From Alphaproteobacteria bacterium (lineage in GTDB: Bacteria > Pseudomonadota > Alphaproteobacteria > MPNO01): a stretch of 64,000 nucleotides of DNA. Shown here piece by piece: positions 43,701 through 53,680 of the stretch. Location of the stretch: assembly GCA_964291675.2 (NCBI GenBank), contig OZ219866.1, positions 2,752,001 through 2,816,000 on the forward strand, in the 5' to 3' direction. Each line of letters opens with the position of its first letter. Position 1 is the first letter of the stretch. The notes beneath the pieces are model-generated. The model did no database searches. It worked only from the letters and a program-made list of their open reading frames with translations, and was not told the DNA's origin. Position numbers and translations under genes: made by a program.

Positions 43701-44644
43701 AGCGCCGCCCCGCGGCGGAGCTTCGGGTTGAACGCATCGCGCAGCCAGTCGCCGAGCAGGTTGACGGCGAGGATCAGCGCCGCCAGCAGCACGCCGGGGA
43801 AGACCACGATCCACCACTCGCCGGAGAACAGGAAGTCCTGGCCGATGTCGATCAGCGTGCCGAGCGAGGGCTCCGTCGGCGGCACGCCGACGCCGAGGAA
43901 GGAGAGCGTGGCCTCGGTCAGTATGGCGACGGCGAGGCCGATGGTCGCGATCACCAGCACCGGGCCCATCGCGTTGGGCAGGATGTGGCGCAGCATGATG
44001 GCGCCCGGGCCGACCCCGATGACCCGCGCGGCCTGGACGTATTCCTTGTTCTTCTCGACCAGGGTGGAGCCGCGCACGGTGCGCGCGAACTGCACCCAGC
44101 CGGAGGCGCCGATGGCGAAGACGAGAACGTAGAGCGCGAGCTCGTCATGGCGCTCGCGGGGCAGGATGCCGCGCAGCACGCCGTCGATCAGCAGCGCGAC
44201 CAGGATCGCCGGGAAGCTGATCTGCACGTCGGCGACGCGCATGATCGCCGCATCCACCGCGCCGCCGGCATAGCCCGCGACGAGCCCGAGCGTGACGCCG
44301 ATGAAGCCGGCCAGCAGCACCGAGGCGAAGCCGACCAGCAGCGAGATGCGGGCGCCGTAGAGCATCGCCGAGTAGAGGTCGCGCCCCTGGTCGTCGGTGC
44401 CGAGCACGAAGCGCCAGTCGCCGCCTTCGGCCCAGACCGGCGGGGTGAAGGCGTCCAAGAGGTCGAGCTCGGCCGGGTCGAACGGGTTCTGCGGCGTGAT
44501 CCAGGGTGCGAACAGGGCGGCCAGCACGATCGCCGCGGTGACCGCCGCCGCGCCGATTGTGATCCGCGACGCCGTGAAGTCGTGCCAGAGGTCGTGGTCG
44601 CGCAGCCGCGCCGCCGCCCGGCCGATACGCGCGAGGGCGGTCAT
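43697..44644 (-). CDS. peptide ABC transporter permease (DppC)
   Basis: LGTDDQGRD, EYVQAARVIG, EATLSFLG. Confidence 0.95.
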   Translation of the reverse strand: MTALARIGRAAARLRDHDLWHDFTASRITIGAAAVTAAIVLAALFAPWITPQNPFDPAELDLLDAFTPPVWAEGGDWRFVLGTDDQGRDLYSAMLYGARISLLVGFASVLLAGFIGVTLGLVAGYAGGAVDAAIMRVADVQISFPAILVALLIDGVLRGILPRERHDELALYVLVFAIGASGWVQFARTVRGSTLVEKNKEYVQAARVIGVGPGAIMLRHILPNAMGPVLVIATIGLAVAILTEATLSFLGVGVPPTEPSLGTLIDIGQDFLFSGEWWIVVFPGVLLAALILAVNLLGDWLRDAFNPKLRRGAAL

Positions 44645-44676
44645 CGGAGGACCTCGGGGCCGGTCGGAACCGCGAC

Positions 44677-44785
44677 GCGCCCCTCGATACGGCCCTCCGG
44701 GCCGACGCGGGATGAGGGGAGCGTATCGGGGCCGCCCCGCCCGACCTTCGTCCCCGGCAGCGGCGAAGCGGCGTATCGAAGGATG
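44677..44785. repeat. inverted pair of family A REPs between dppB and dppC
   Basis: ccctcgatacgg...gggatgaggg and ccttcgtccccgg...gtatcgaagga. Confidence 0.75.
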
Positions 44786-44794
44786 GCCACCGCA

Positions 44795-45778
44795 CTACCC
44801 TCCCTCGGCCCCGCGGTCGATGCGGAGCCTGGGGTCGACCACGTGGTAGAGGATGTCCACGGCCAGGTTGATCAGCACGAAGAACAGCGCGATCAGCACC
44901 AGGTAGCTCGCCATGACCGGTATGTCGGCGAACTGGATCGCCTGCAGGAACAGGAGCCCCATGCCGGGCCACTGGAACACGGTCTCGGTGATGATGGCGA
45001 AGGCGATGATCGAGCCGAGCTGGAGCCCGGTGACGGTGATCACCGGCACCAGCGTGTTCTTCAGCGCGTGGCCGAAATTGACCGCCCGGTCGCTGAGCCC
45101 GCGGGCCCGGGCGAACTTGATGTAGTCGGTGCGCAGCACCTCCAGCATCTCGGAGCGCACCAGCCGCATGATCAAAGTGAGCTGGAACATACCCAGCGTG
45201 AAGGCCGGCATCAGGATCGACTTCCAGCCGCTCGCGGTCAGCAGGCCCGTGCTCCACCAGCCGAGATCGACCGCCTCGCCCCGGCCGAATGTGGGCAGGA
45301 GCCCGAGCCAGACGCCGAAGACCAGGATCAGCAGGATGCCGATGAAGAAGGTGGGAAGCGATATGCCGACCAGCGAGACGGCCAAAAACGCCTTCGACAG
45401 CAGCCGGGCGGGGTGGAGCGCGGTGTACACCCCCATCGGGATGCCGACCAGCAGCGCATAGAGCGCGGCGACCAGGCTGAGCTCCAGCGTCGCCGGCAGG
45501 CGTTCGGCGATCAGCTCGGCGACCGGGCGGTCGATGGCATAGGAGATGCCGAACCGCCCCTGGGCGATGTCGCCGACATAGCGGGCGAACTGGAGGACGA
45601 CCGGATCGTTGAGCCCGAGCTCCTCGCGCAGCGCCGCGCGCTCCTCCAGCGAGGTCTCCTGCCCGACCATCTGGGCCACCGGATCGCCGACATAGCGGAA
45701 CAGGGTGAAGCCGATCAGCGCCACCGCCAGCATGACGACGACCGATTGCAGCAGCCGGCGCAGGACGAGCGCGATCAC
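44795..45778 (-). CDS. peptide ABC transporter permease (DppB)
   Basis: RLPATLEL, DYIKFARARGL, TETVFQWPG. Confidence 0.95.
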   Translation of the reverse strand: MIALVLRRLLQSVVVMLAVALIGFTLFRYVGDPVAQMVGQETSLEERAALREELGLNDPVVLQFARYVGDIAQGRFGISYAIDRPVAELIAERLPATLELSLVAALYALLVGIPMGVYTALHPARLLSKAFLAVSLVGISLPTFFIGILLILVFGVWLGLLPTFGRGEAVDLGWWSTGLLTASGWKSILMPAFTLGMFQLTLIMRLVRSEMLEVLRTDYIKFARARGLSDRAVNFGHALKNTLVPVITVTGLQLGSIIAFAIITETVFQWPGMGLLFLQAIQFADIPVMASYLVLIALFFVLINLAVDILYHVVDPRLRIDRGAEGG

Positions 45779-45820
45779 GGGGCCGGGCTCAGCGCGTGGC
45801 GGCCGGGCCGGCGCCCGGCC

Positions 45821-47437
45821 CTATTTCATCCGCACGTGCCGCCAGGCGAACTGGTTGTCCGGGCGCTGCGCGAGGGTGACGCCGTCCCGCACGCCCCAGG
45901 CGAGCGCCTGCTGGTGCAGCGGCACGTGGGCGATGTCGGCGATGGTCATCGACCAGGCCTCTTCGATCAGCCGGTCGCGCGCGGCCTTGTCGGTCTCCGA
46001 CAGGATGCGCGCGGCGAGCGCGTCGACCTTGGGGTTGCAGTAGCCGCCGAGGTTGAACTTGCCGCTGGAAATCCGGTTGCGGTCCGCCTCCGCCCAGATC
46101 GCGCCCGCGCCCACGCGCGCGCAGCCGTGCAGGTTGTAGAGCGGGTTCCACGAATCGAAGCTGCCCGGCGTCCAGCCCAGCAGGTAGAAGCTGGTCTCCA
46201 GCCGCGGCGCCAGGATCTTGGGGAAGTACTTGGCCTTGGGCTGGGCGTTGAGCTTCACCCTGATGCCCACCTTGGCGAGCATCGAGACGACGGCCTGGCA
46301 GATCGCCTCGTCGTTGACATAGCGGTCGTTGGGGCAGTCCATGCCGACCTCGAGCCCCTCGCCGTAGCCCGCCTCGGCGAGCAGCGCCCTGGCCCGCCCG
46401 GGATCGTGGGCGAGGCGCTTGAAGTCGGCGCTGAAGCCGTTGATGCCGGGTCCGATCATCATCGCCGACGGGTTGGAGAGGCCGCGCATCACCTTGCGGC
46501 GGATCGCCTCGATGTCGATCGCCCGGTAGACCGCCTCGCGGACCCGCCGGTCCCTGAACGGGTTCCTGCCCTTGACGTCGGAGTAGAGGAGCTCGCCGCG
46601 GAACTGGTCCATGCCGAGGAAGATGGTGCGGAGCTCCGGCCCCACCAGCATCCGCGTGCCGGCGTTGCGGTCGACGCGCCTGATGTCCTGCACCGGGATC
46701 GGATAGGCCATGTCGATCTGGCCCGACAGCAGCGCCGCCACGCGGGTCGCATCCGACGCGATCGGGGTGAAGGTGACTTTGGTGAGGTTGTGCTCCCTGT
46801 TGGCGTTGTCCCACCAGCCCGGGTTGGGCACCGCCACCGCCCGGATCCCGGCCTCCCGGCTGACCAGGCGGAACGGCCCGGTGCCGTTGGCGTGGCGGGT
46901 GGTGTACTTCTCCTGGTCGTCCGCCATCGCCTCCGGGGTCGCGGCGTTGTGCTTCTCCGACCAGCTCTTGGACATGATGCCCCAGGAGCCCCATTCGACG
47001 TGCAGGATGGGGTTGGGGGTCTCGGTCACGAACTCGACGGTGTAGTCGTCGATCTTGACCACCTGCTTGACGCCGGCGAGCCGGGTGGTGAGGTCCGAGC
47101 CCTTGGCGCGCACCCGGTCGGCCGAGAACAGCACGTCGTCGGCGGTGAAATCCTCGCCCTCGTGGAACTTCACGCCGCGCCGCAGATGGAAGCGCCAGCG
47201 GTCGGGCGCCACGATCTCCCAGCGCTCGGCGAGCGCGGGCTCGATGGCGAGGTCGGGTCCGCGCCGGATCAGCCCCTCGTAGATGTTGCCGAGGAAGCCG
47301 AGCGTGAAGGTCTCGTTGAGCGTATAGGGGTCCATCGAATCCGCATCGCCCTGGAAGGCGAAGCGGAGCTCCTTGGCGTTCGCCGTGGCGGCGGCGAGCG
47401 CGCAGGCGAGCGCGACAAGGGTCAGCCTGGTTCGCAT
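45821..47437 (-). CDS. ABC substrate-binding protein, family 5 (DppA-like)
   Basis: Signal peptide, IYEGL, LRRGVKFH, NGTGPF, CPNDRYVND. Confidence 0.95.
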   Translation of the reverse strand: MRTRLTLVALACALAAATANAKELRFAFQGDADSMDPYTLNETFTLGFLGNIYEGLIRRGPDLAIEPALAERWEIVAPDRWRFHLRRGVKFHEGEDFTADDVLFSADRVRAKGSDLTTRLAGVKQVVKIDDYTVEFVTETPNPILHVEWGSWGIMSKSWSEKHNAATPEAMADDQEKYTTRHANGTGPFRLVSREAGIRAVAVPNPGWWDNANREHNLTKVTFTPIASDATRVAALLSGQIDMAYPIPVQDIRRVDRNAGTRMLVGPELRTIFLGMDQFRGELLYSDVKGRNPFRDRRVREAVYRAIDIEAIRRKVMRGLSNPSAMMIGPGINGFSADFKRLAHDPGRARALLAEAGYGEGLEVGMDCPNDRYVNDEAICQAVVSMLAKVGIRVKLNAQPKAKYFPKILAPRLETSFYLLGWTPGSFDSWNPLYNLHGCARVGAGAIWAEADRNRISSGKFNLGGYCNPKVDALAARILSETDKAARDRLIEEAWSMTIADIAHVPLHQQALAWGVRDGVTLAQRPDNQFAWRHVRMK

Positions 47438-47628
47438 GGTCTCGATCTCCCCGTGGAGTTCGCTCGTGGCTGGCCGGAGTGTCGGGGCGCCCATCCGGGA
47501 AGTCAACGCGGGTTCCCGATGCGGCGTCGACTCCGCCCGGCGAGGTTCCGTCCGACGTCGATCCGGCTTAGGCTGATCCGCCGACCGGCCGGCGATCCTT
47601 CAACCGACAACCCGGGAACCGCACGAAC

Positions 47629-49149
47629 ATGGTCCGCATCCTGAACGCCTTTGCGCTCGCGGCGGCGATCGCCCTGGCGCCGCTCCCCGCCGCCGCCGAA
47701 CCGCTCTCCCTGACCATCGTCCATGTCGGCGACTGGGACCGGATGGAAGGCCGCAAGGGGGCGGGCGGGGCGGCGCGGATCGCCGCGGTCGTGGCCGAGG
47801 AACGCGCCCGGGCCGAGGCGCAAGGCGGGCATTCGATCGTCACCTTCGGCGGCGACATGATCTCGCCCTCGCTGATGTCCGGCATCGACAGGGGTGCGCA
47901 CATGATCGAGCTCGCCGACGCCATCGGGTTCGACATCGGCGTCGTCGGCAACCATGAGTTCGATTTCGGCGCCGCGGTGCTGCGTCAGAGGCTGTCGGAG
48001 TCGCGCATGACCTGGCTCGCCGGCAACGTCCGCTACAAGGGCGAGCGCTTTCCCGGCGCCCCCGCGACGACGATGCTGGAAAAAGGCGGCTTCCGCATCG
48101 GCTTCCTCGGGCTGGTGATCGCCGACACGCCGGAAATCTCCAAGCCCGGCAAGGAGACGACCTTCGCCCCCGTCGTGGAGACCGGGATCGCGCTGGCCAG
48201 GGAGTTGAAGCGGGCGGGCGCCGACCTCGTCGTCGCGCTCACCCATGACGAGATTGCCCGCGACATGGAGCTGCTCGGCGGGTCGCGCGGGATCGACATC
48301 CTGCTCGGCGGTCACGACCATCTGCTGCTGGCCCGCTACGACGGAAGGCAGGCGGTCATGAAGGCGGGCTCGCAGGGGGACCACGTCGCCGTGCTCGACC
48401 TCGAGATCGCGCGGCGCAAGAACCGCGCCGGCGCGCAAGTCGCCGTCTGGACCCCGAGCTGGCGCCTGCGGTCCACCGCCGGTCTCGCCGGCGACGCGAC
48501 GGTCGCGGCCAGGGTCGAGGCTTACCGGGCCCGGCTCGACCGGGACCTCGGGGCGGTCATCGGCGAAACGCGGACGGCGCTCGACACCAGGCGGGTCGCG
48601 GTGCGTGCGGGCGAGACCGCCTTTGGCAATCTCGTCGCCGACGCGATGCGGGCGGCGACGGGGAGCGACATCGCGCTCCTCAACGGCGGCGGGGTGAGGG
48701 GCGACACCGTCTATCCCGCCGGCACCGCGATCACCCGCAAGCTGGTGCTGACCGAACTCCCCTTCGGCAACAGGACGGTAACGCTCCGCCTGACCGGCGC
48801 GCAGCTAAAGCAGGCGCTGGAGAACGGCGTGAGCCGGGTCGAGCGCGCCGCCGGCCGGTTTCCCCAGGTCTCGGGCATCGCCTTCGCCTTCGATCCCCGC
48901 CGGCAAGCCGGCGCGCGCATCGCCCGGGTCGCGGTGGGCGGCGAGCCGCTGGATCCCGGCAGGAGCTACACGCTGGCCACCGTCGACTTCCTCGCCGGCG
49001 GCGGCGACGGGTATGGCGTATTGCGCAGCGCCGAGGTGCTTGTCGACGCCCGCTCGGGCGGGCTCACGGCGGGTCAGGTGATCGAGCGCATCGCCGCATC
49101 CGGCACCGTCGCGCCGGCGATCGAGGGGCGGATCGTGCGGGAGGAATAG
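47629..49149 (+). CDS. periplasmic 5'-nucleotidase/UDP-sugar hydrolase (UshA-like)
   Basis: Signal peptide, GGD, GNHEFDFG, LTH, GGHDH, NGGGVR, LPFGN, FPQVSG, FLAGGGDGY. Confidence 0.92.
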   Translation: MVRILNAFALAAAIALAPLPAAAEPLSLTIVHVGDWDRMEGRKGAGGAARIAAVVAEERARAEAQGGHSIVTFGGDMISPSLMSGIDRGAHMIELADAIGFDIGVVGNHEFDFGAAVLRQRLSESRMTWLAGNVRYKGERFPGAPATTMLEKGGFRIGFLGLVIADTPEISKPGKETTFAPVVETGIALARELKRAGADLVVALTHDEIARDMELLGGSRGIDILLGGHDHLLLARYDGRQAVMKAGSQGDHVAVLDLEIARRKNRAGAQVAVWTPSWRLRSTAGLAGDATVAARVEAYRARLDRDLGAVIGETRTALDTRRVAVRAGETAFGNLVADAMRAATGSDIALLNGGGVRGDTVYPAGTAITRKLVLTELPFGNRTVTLRLTGAQLKQALENGVSRVERAAGRFPQVSGIAFAFDPRRQAGARIARVAVGGEPLDPGRSYTLATVDFLAGGGDGYGVLRSAEVLVDARSGGLTAGQVIERIAASGTVAPAIEGRIVREE

Positions 49150-49251
49150 AGCCGGTTGCCGCCAGGATGACGCCAAAGCTGTTGCCATACTCTGTTGATT
49201 TATAATGATATTCTTCCTTTCTGTCGAATAAACAAAGTTGACTCTTCTTAT

Positions 49252-50960
49252 CCTAAATCCGGCAGTTGCTGGTGGTCTGGATTGGCTGGAGTCCTTGTAG
49301 ACTGCGGGGATGAGCGGATTTGGAGAGACCGGAGAGGGTCACCCTGCGGGTGAGGATCCCTGCGCGGTGCGGGACGTCGCCTGCGAGGCCGTGAAGGTGG
49401 ACACCTTCGGCGGCACGGTTCATGTCGAATGGGACCCCGACGCGGCGGTTACGCCGCTGGGCCATCTGGCATTTTTCGCGGAATATCTGAAGGTGAGCGG
49501 GCGCTTCGAGGCGCTGGTGGCGGACTGCCCGCTGCATTACGCGAGCCCGAACGCGCCGTCGAAGCGGGACATTCTGGGCACGGTGCTGCTGTCGGTCCTG
49601 GCGGGCCAGTCGCGCTATGCGCACATCACGGCGCTGCGCGGCGACGGGGTGAACCCGGCGCTTCTGGGGATGGGCAAGGTTGCGAGCGAGGATTCGGTGC
49701 GGCGCGGCCTGGAGCGGATCGCGGCGGATGAGGGCACATCGTGGCTTCAGGGCCATCTCGACGACACGCTTCGTCCCCTGCTGAGCGAGCCCTGGGTTCT
49801 GGATTGCGACACCACGATCAAGCCGCTCTACGGCCGCCAGGAGGGGGCGGTGGCGAGCTACAACCCGAAGAAGCCGGGCCGCCCGTCGCACGCCTGCCAT
49901 GCGTTCCTGATGGCGGGCACGCGGCTGGTTCTGGATGTCGAGGTTGCGCCGGGCAACCGTCACCGTTCGATGCGGGCGGCACCGTCCCTGTGGGCCTTGC
50001 TCGACCGTCTCGGCCGGGATCGCTGGCCGCGCCTGGTGCGGGGCGACAAGGACTGGGGCAGCGAGGGCAACATGGCGTCGTGCGAGGCGGCGGGTCTGGA
50101 CTATCTGTTCAAGCTGCGCCTGACCAAGGGGGCGCGCCGGCTTGCCGAGCGGCAGATGGGTCGGGACGGCTGGCAGGACGCGGGCCAGGGCTGGCAGGGG
50201 ATCGGGGCCGCGCTCCGCCTGCACGGCTGGAGCCGGTCGCGCCGGGTGGCGGTGCTGCGCCGCCGGCTGCGCGAGCCTCTGGCGCTGACGCGCCACGACG
50301 ACGGCCAGGGCGAGTTGTTCTGGACCGAGGCGCGGCCCGGCACCGGGGTGTGGGAGTTCGCGGTGCTCGCGACCTCGCTCGATCTGGAGGTGCGCTCGCT
50401 GGCCCAGCTCTACCGCGACCGAGCCGATGCCGAGAACGGCTTCGACGAGCTTAAGAACCAGTGGGGCTGGGGCGGCTTCACCACGCGCGACCTGACGCGC
50501 TGCCGCCACATGGCCCGGCTGATCGCGCTGATCTATAACTGGTGGAGCCTGTTCGTCCGCCTCGCCGATCCCGACCGCCACCGCGAGGCGATCACCAGCC
50601 GCCCGCTGCTGTTGCACGGCGTCGCCCGCCAGACCCATCATGCCGGCCAGACCCGGCTGACGGTGACCTCCCATCACGGGCGCCGCGCGGCGGTGGCCGC
50701 GGCCCTGCGGCGGATCGCCGGCTTCTTCCGCGCCCTGGCGCAAACTGCGGAGCAGTTGACCGCCGAGGATCGCTGGCGCCGCATCCTCGCCGAAGCGCTC
50801 AAGAAATACCTCCATGGACGCCAGCCCGGCCGTCAACCCTGGCTGCCGCCCCCTCGGGCCGCGCCAGCGTGCTGAAATCGACCCCTGAAATCGACCCCTG
50901 AAATCGACCGTCCAGACCGCGCCAAGAGGCCGATCGCGCCCTCCAACTGCCGGATTTAGG
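49252..50960 (+). mobile_element. IS1380-family insertion sequence, complete (1709 bp)
   Basis: Perfect 17-bp terminal inverted repeats CCTAAATCCGGCAGTTG (49252-49268 and 50944-50960); 5-bp target duplication CTTAT (49247-49251 and 50961-50965). Confidence 0.92.
49310..50875 (+). CDS. DDE transposase (IS1380-like)
   Basis: LDCDTT..PLYGRQEGA..YNP, VRGD, YRDRADAENGFDELKN. Confidence 0.92.
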   Translation: MSGFGETGEGHPAGEDPCAVRDVACEAVKVDTFGGTVHVEWDPDAAVTPLGHLAFFAEYLKVSGRFEALVADCPLHYASPNAPSKRDILGTVLLSVLAGQSRYAHITALRGDGVNPALLGMGKVASEDSVRRGLERIAADEGTSWLQGHLDDTLRPLLSEPWVLDCDTTIKPLYGRQEGAVASYNPKKPGRPSHACHAFLMAGTRLVLDVEVAPGNRHRSMRAAPSLWALLDRLGRDRWPRLVRGDKDWGSEGNMASCEAAGLDYLFKLRLTKGARRLAERQMGRDGWQDAGQGWQGIGAALRLHGWSRSRRVAVLRRRLREPLALTRHDDGQGELFWTEARPGTGVWEFAVLATSLDLEVRSLAQLYRDRADAENGFDELKNQWGWGGFTTRDLTRCRHMARLIALIYNWWSLFVRLADPDRHREAITSRPLLLHGVARQTHHAGQTRLTVTSHHGRRAAVAAALRRIAGFFRALAQTAEQLTAEDRWRRILAEALKKYLHGRQPGRQPWLPPPRAAPAC

Positions 50961-51026
50961 CTTATTTGACCGCAACGCAATCCGCGGCCCCTCTGAGACC
51001 ATCATTTGCGTTGTTGGCTATTGCCC

Positions 51027-51266
51027 TGTTTCGGAAATTCGTTCGCTTGCAGTCGGGCCGGTGCGCGGCCTCTTCAGCCAAGCCTTTCCCACAGGTCGTC
51101 ATGCCCGGACTTGATCCGGGCATCCGTTCCGAGCGGTTGCCTTGCCTGCCCGGGCTGCGTGGATGGCCGGAACAGGTCCGGCCATGACGTGGTGGGGACG
51201 GGGTTCGACAGGTCACGAACGTCGGAACGGGGACACCAGCGGGCCACGAGCGAATTTACCGAAGCA
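51027..51266. mobile_element. MITE-like unit: about 20-bp imperfect terminal inverted repeats around a family B REP doublet
   Basis: TGTTTCGGAAATTCGTTCG (51027-51045) versus the reverse complement of 51247-51266, TGCTTCGGTAAATTCGCTCG; REP doublet at 51098-51189. Confidence 0.55.
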
Positions 51267-51296
51267 AACTTTTGGACGTGAATCGGCGATTGCCCC

Positions 51297-52649
51297 TCAG
51301 CGCCGCACCGTCTCCGGGATCACGCCGCGCGGGCTGAAGCGCATCACCAGAAGCAGGATCAGCCCCATCAGGATGGGCCGCACATGCGCCGCGGCCTCCA
51401 CCAGATGTTTGCGCAGCGGGTCGTCCGCCGCCATCGCCGCGGTCAGGGCGTCGATCGTCCAGAGCGCCAGCGGCTCGGCCTCGATCCAGCTCAGCCACAC
51501 GATGAAGCCGCCGAGCACGGCGCCGAGATTGTTGCCCGAGCCGCCGACGATCACCATCACCCAGATCAGGAAGGTGAAGCGCATCGGGTGGTAGCTGTTG
51601 GGGGTGAACTGCCCGTCCAGCGTGACCAGCATCGCGCCGGCCACGCCGATCACCGCCGAGCCCAGAACGAAGACCTGCATGTGGCGGGCATAGACGTCCT
51701 TGCCGAGCGCCTCGGCCGCGGTCTCGTTGTCCCTGATCGCCCGCATCATCCGCCCCCAGGGAGAGCGCAGCGCGCGTTCGCTGAGAGCGAGCACGGCCAG
51801 CAGGACGGCGGCGAACAGCCCGGCGTAGCACAGCTTGACGAAGATGCCGGACGCCTCGATCACCAGGTCGCGCAAGAGCGTCGCGCGGTCGGCCTCGGAC
51901 ACGGCAGACAGCGCGCCCGCGTTGAGCCGGCTCACCATGTCGGCGAACCAGCCGGCCTGCTGGAGGTCGATCTCGTAGGGCACCGGCCGGTCCAGCCCGG
52001 TCACGTTCTTGACGCCGCGGGCGAGCCAGTCCTCGTTCTTCAGCACGGCGATGACGATCTCGGAGATGCCGAGCGTGGCGATGGCGAAATAATCCGCGCG
52101 CAGCCCGAGCGCCACCCGGCCGATCACCCAGGCGGCGCCCGCCGCGAACAGCCCGCCGACCGCCCAGGAGAGCACGACCGGCAGGCCGAGCCCGCCGAGA
52201 TAGCCGCTGGTCGAGGGGTCGACCGCCTCGATCGCCTCGACCGCGGGATCGAAGAAGGCGGCGATGACGAAATACCCCGCCACCGCCGTGACCGCGACGG
52301 CGAGGGTGCGGAGCCTGCCGCGCGGGACGCTGCGCAGGACCAGCCAGATCAGCCCGGCGGCGAGGCCCGCCGCGCCCGCCGCGAGCAGCAGGTCCGCCCC
52401 GCCCGCCGCCGCCGCCGCGTGCACCGGCGGCTGCGAGACCAGCACCGCCGCCAGCCCGCCGAGCCCGGCGAAGGCCATCGTCCCGACATTGAACAGCCCG
52501 GCATAGCCCCACTGGATGTTGACGCCGAGCGCCATCACGGCCGAGATCAGGCAGAGATTGAGCACCGCCAGGCTGACCGACCAGGACTGGCCGAAGCCGA
52601 CGGCGGCGAGCGCCGCGGCGATCGCGGCGAAGCCGGCCAGCGCGCGCAT
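51297..52649 (-). CDS. branched-chain amino acid ABC permease (LivM)
   Basis: WGYAGLFN, LRADYFAIATLG, RAIRDNE, MVIVGGSGN. Confidence 0.93.
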   Translation of the reverse strand: MRALAGFAAIAAALAAVGFGQSWSVSLAVLNLCLISAVMALGVNIQWGYAGLFNVGTMAFAGLGGLAAVLVSQPPVHAAAAAGGADLLLAAGAAGLAAGLIWLVLRSVPRGRLRTLAVAVTAVAGYFVIAAFFDPAVEAIEAVDPSTSGYLGGLGLPVVLSWAVGGLFAAGAAWVIGRVALGLRADYFAIATLGISEIVIAVLKNEDWLARGVKNVTGLDRPVPYEIDLQQAGWFADMVSRLNAGALSAVSEADRATLLRDLVIEASGIFVKLCYAGLFAAVLLAVLALSERALRSPWGRMMRAIRDNETAAEALGKDVYARHMQVFVLGSAVIGVAGAMLVTLDGQFTPNSYHPMRFTFLIWVMVIVGGSGNNLGAVLGGFIVWLSWIEAEPLALWTIDALTAAMAADDPLRKHLVEAAAHVRPILMGLILLLVMRFSPRGVIPETVRR

Positions 52650-52657
52650 CCGGGCGT

Positions 52658-53674
52658 TCAAAAGAGCCGCCCGCGAAACAGCCCGGTCGGCCGCCACAGC
52701 AGCACCACGACCAGGATGACGAAGGAGACCGAGAGCTTGTAGTCGGTCGACAGCAGCTGCATCAGCCCGTCCGGCTGCATGTCGTCGGGCAGCAGGTAGC
52801 GCAGGAACTTGCGGTAGGGGTAGGTCAGCGCGATCTCCGAGAAGGCGACCAGGAACCCGCCCGCGATGGCGCCGTGGGGCTGGCCGATTCCGCCGACGAT
52901 GGCGGCGGCGAACATGGGCAGGAGGAGCTGCATGTAGGTGAAGGGCTGGAAGCTCTTGTCGAGCCCGTAGAGCGTGCCGGCGACGGCCGCCAGCGAGGCC
53001 GCGATGACCCAGGTGGTCAGCACCACCCGGTCGGGCTCGACGCCCGACAGGAGCGCGAGGTCCTCGTTGTCCGAGTAGGCGCGCATCGCCTTGCCCGCCC
53101 GCGTGCGGCGCAGGAACCAGAACAGCGCCGCCACCGCGACCACCGCCACCGCGAGGGTGAGCAGTTGGGAGGTGCGCACCGTCAGCCCCTCGGCCAGCCC
53201 GGTCGTCTCCTTGAACTGGCGCGCGTTCAGCAAGTAGCGCGTGCCGTCGGCGAACGACCGGTCGTCGGGGCCGATGATCACCCGCACCAGCCCGTTGAGC
53301 ACGAACATCACCCCGACCGAGGCGATCGACAGCACCATGGGCGAGCTGCGCCTGACCCGGTAGAAGCGGAACACCGTGCGGTCGGCGGCGAGCGCGGCGA
53401 GCACCGCCGCGGCGATGCCGGCCGGCAGGGCGAGGAGCGCCGTCGGCAGCGCGCCGAGACCGACCCCCCATCCCTGCAGCTGCCAGGTGGCGAGGATCGC
53501 GGCCATGGTGCCGAACGCCATCAGGTCGCCGTGCGAGAAGTTGGCGAAGCGGAGGATGCCGTAAACCAGGGTGATGCCGAGCGCGCCCAAGGCGAGCTGG
53601 GAGCCGTAGGCGATGGCTGGCACGATCACGAAGTTCGCCAGCAGGACCAGCGCGTTGACCAGGTCGACCAGCAT
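52658..53674 (-). CDS. branched-chain amino acid ABC permease (LivH)
   Basis: GITLVYGILRFANFSHG, AAIVGGIG, WRPTGLF. Confidence 0.93.
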   Translation of the reverse strand: MLVDLVNALVLLANFVIVPAIAYGSQLALGALGITLVYGILRFANFSHGDLMAFGTMAAILATWQLQGWGVGLGALPTALLALPAGIAAAVLAALAADRTVFRFYRVRRSSPMVLSIASVGVMFVLNGLVRVIIGPDDRSFADGTRYLLNARQFKETTGLAEGLTVRTSQLLTLAVAVVAVAALFWFLRRTRAGKAMRAYSDNEDLALLSGVEPDRVVLTTWVIAASLAAVAGTLYGLDKSFQPFTYMQLLLPMFAAAIVGGIGQPHGAIAGGFLVAFSEIALTYPYRKFLRYLLPDDMQPDGLMQLLSTDYKLSVSFVILVVVLLWRPTGLFRGRLF

Positions 53675-53680
53675 CGCCGC

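Noticed and set aside
49170-51030. CRISPR leader, type II repeat or tracrRNA resemblance in the AT-rich IS flanks
   Set aside because: Only short matches from memory; no repeat-spacer units and no cas genes.
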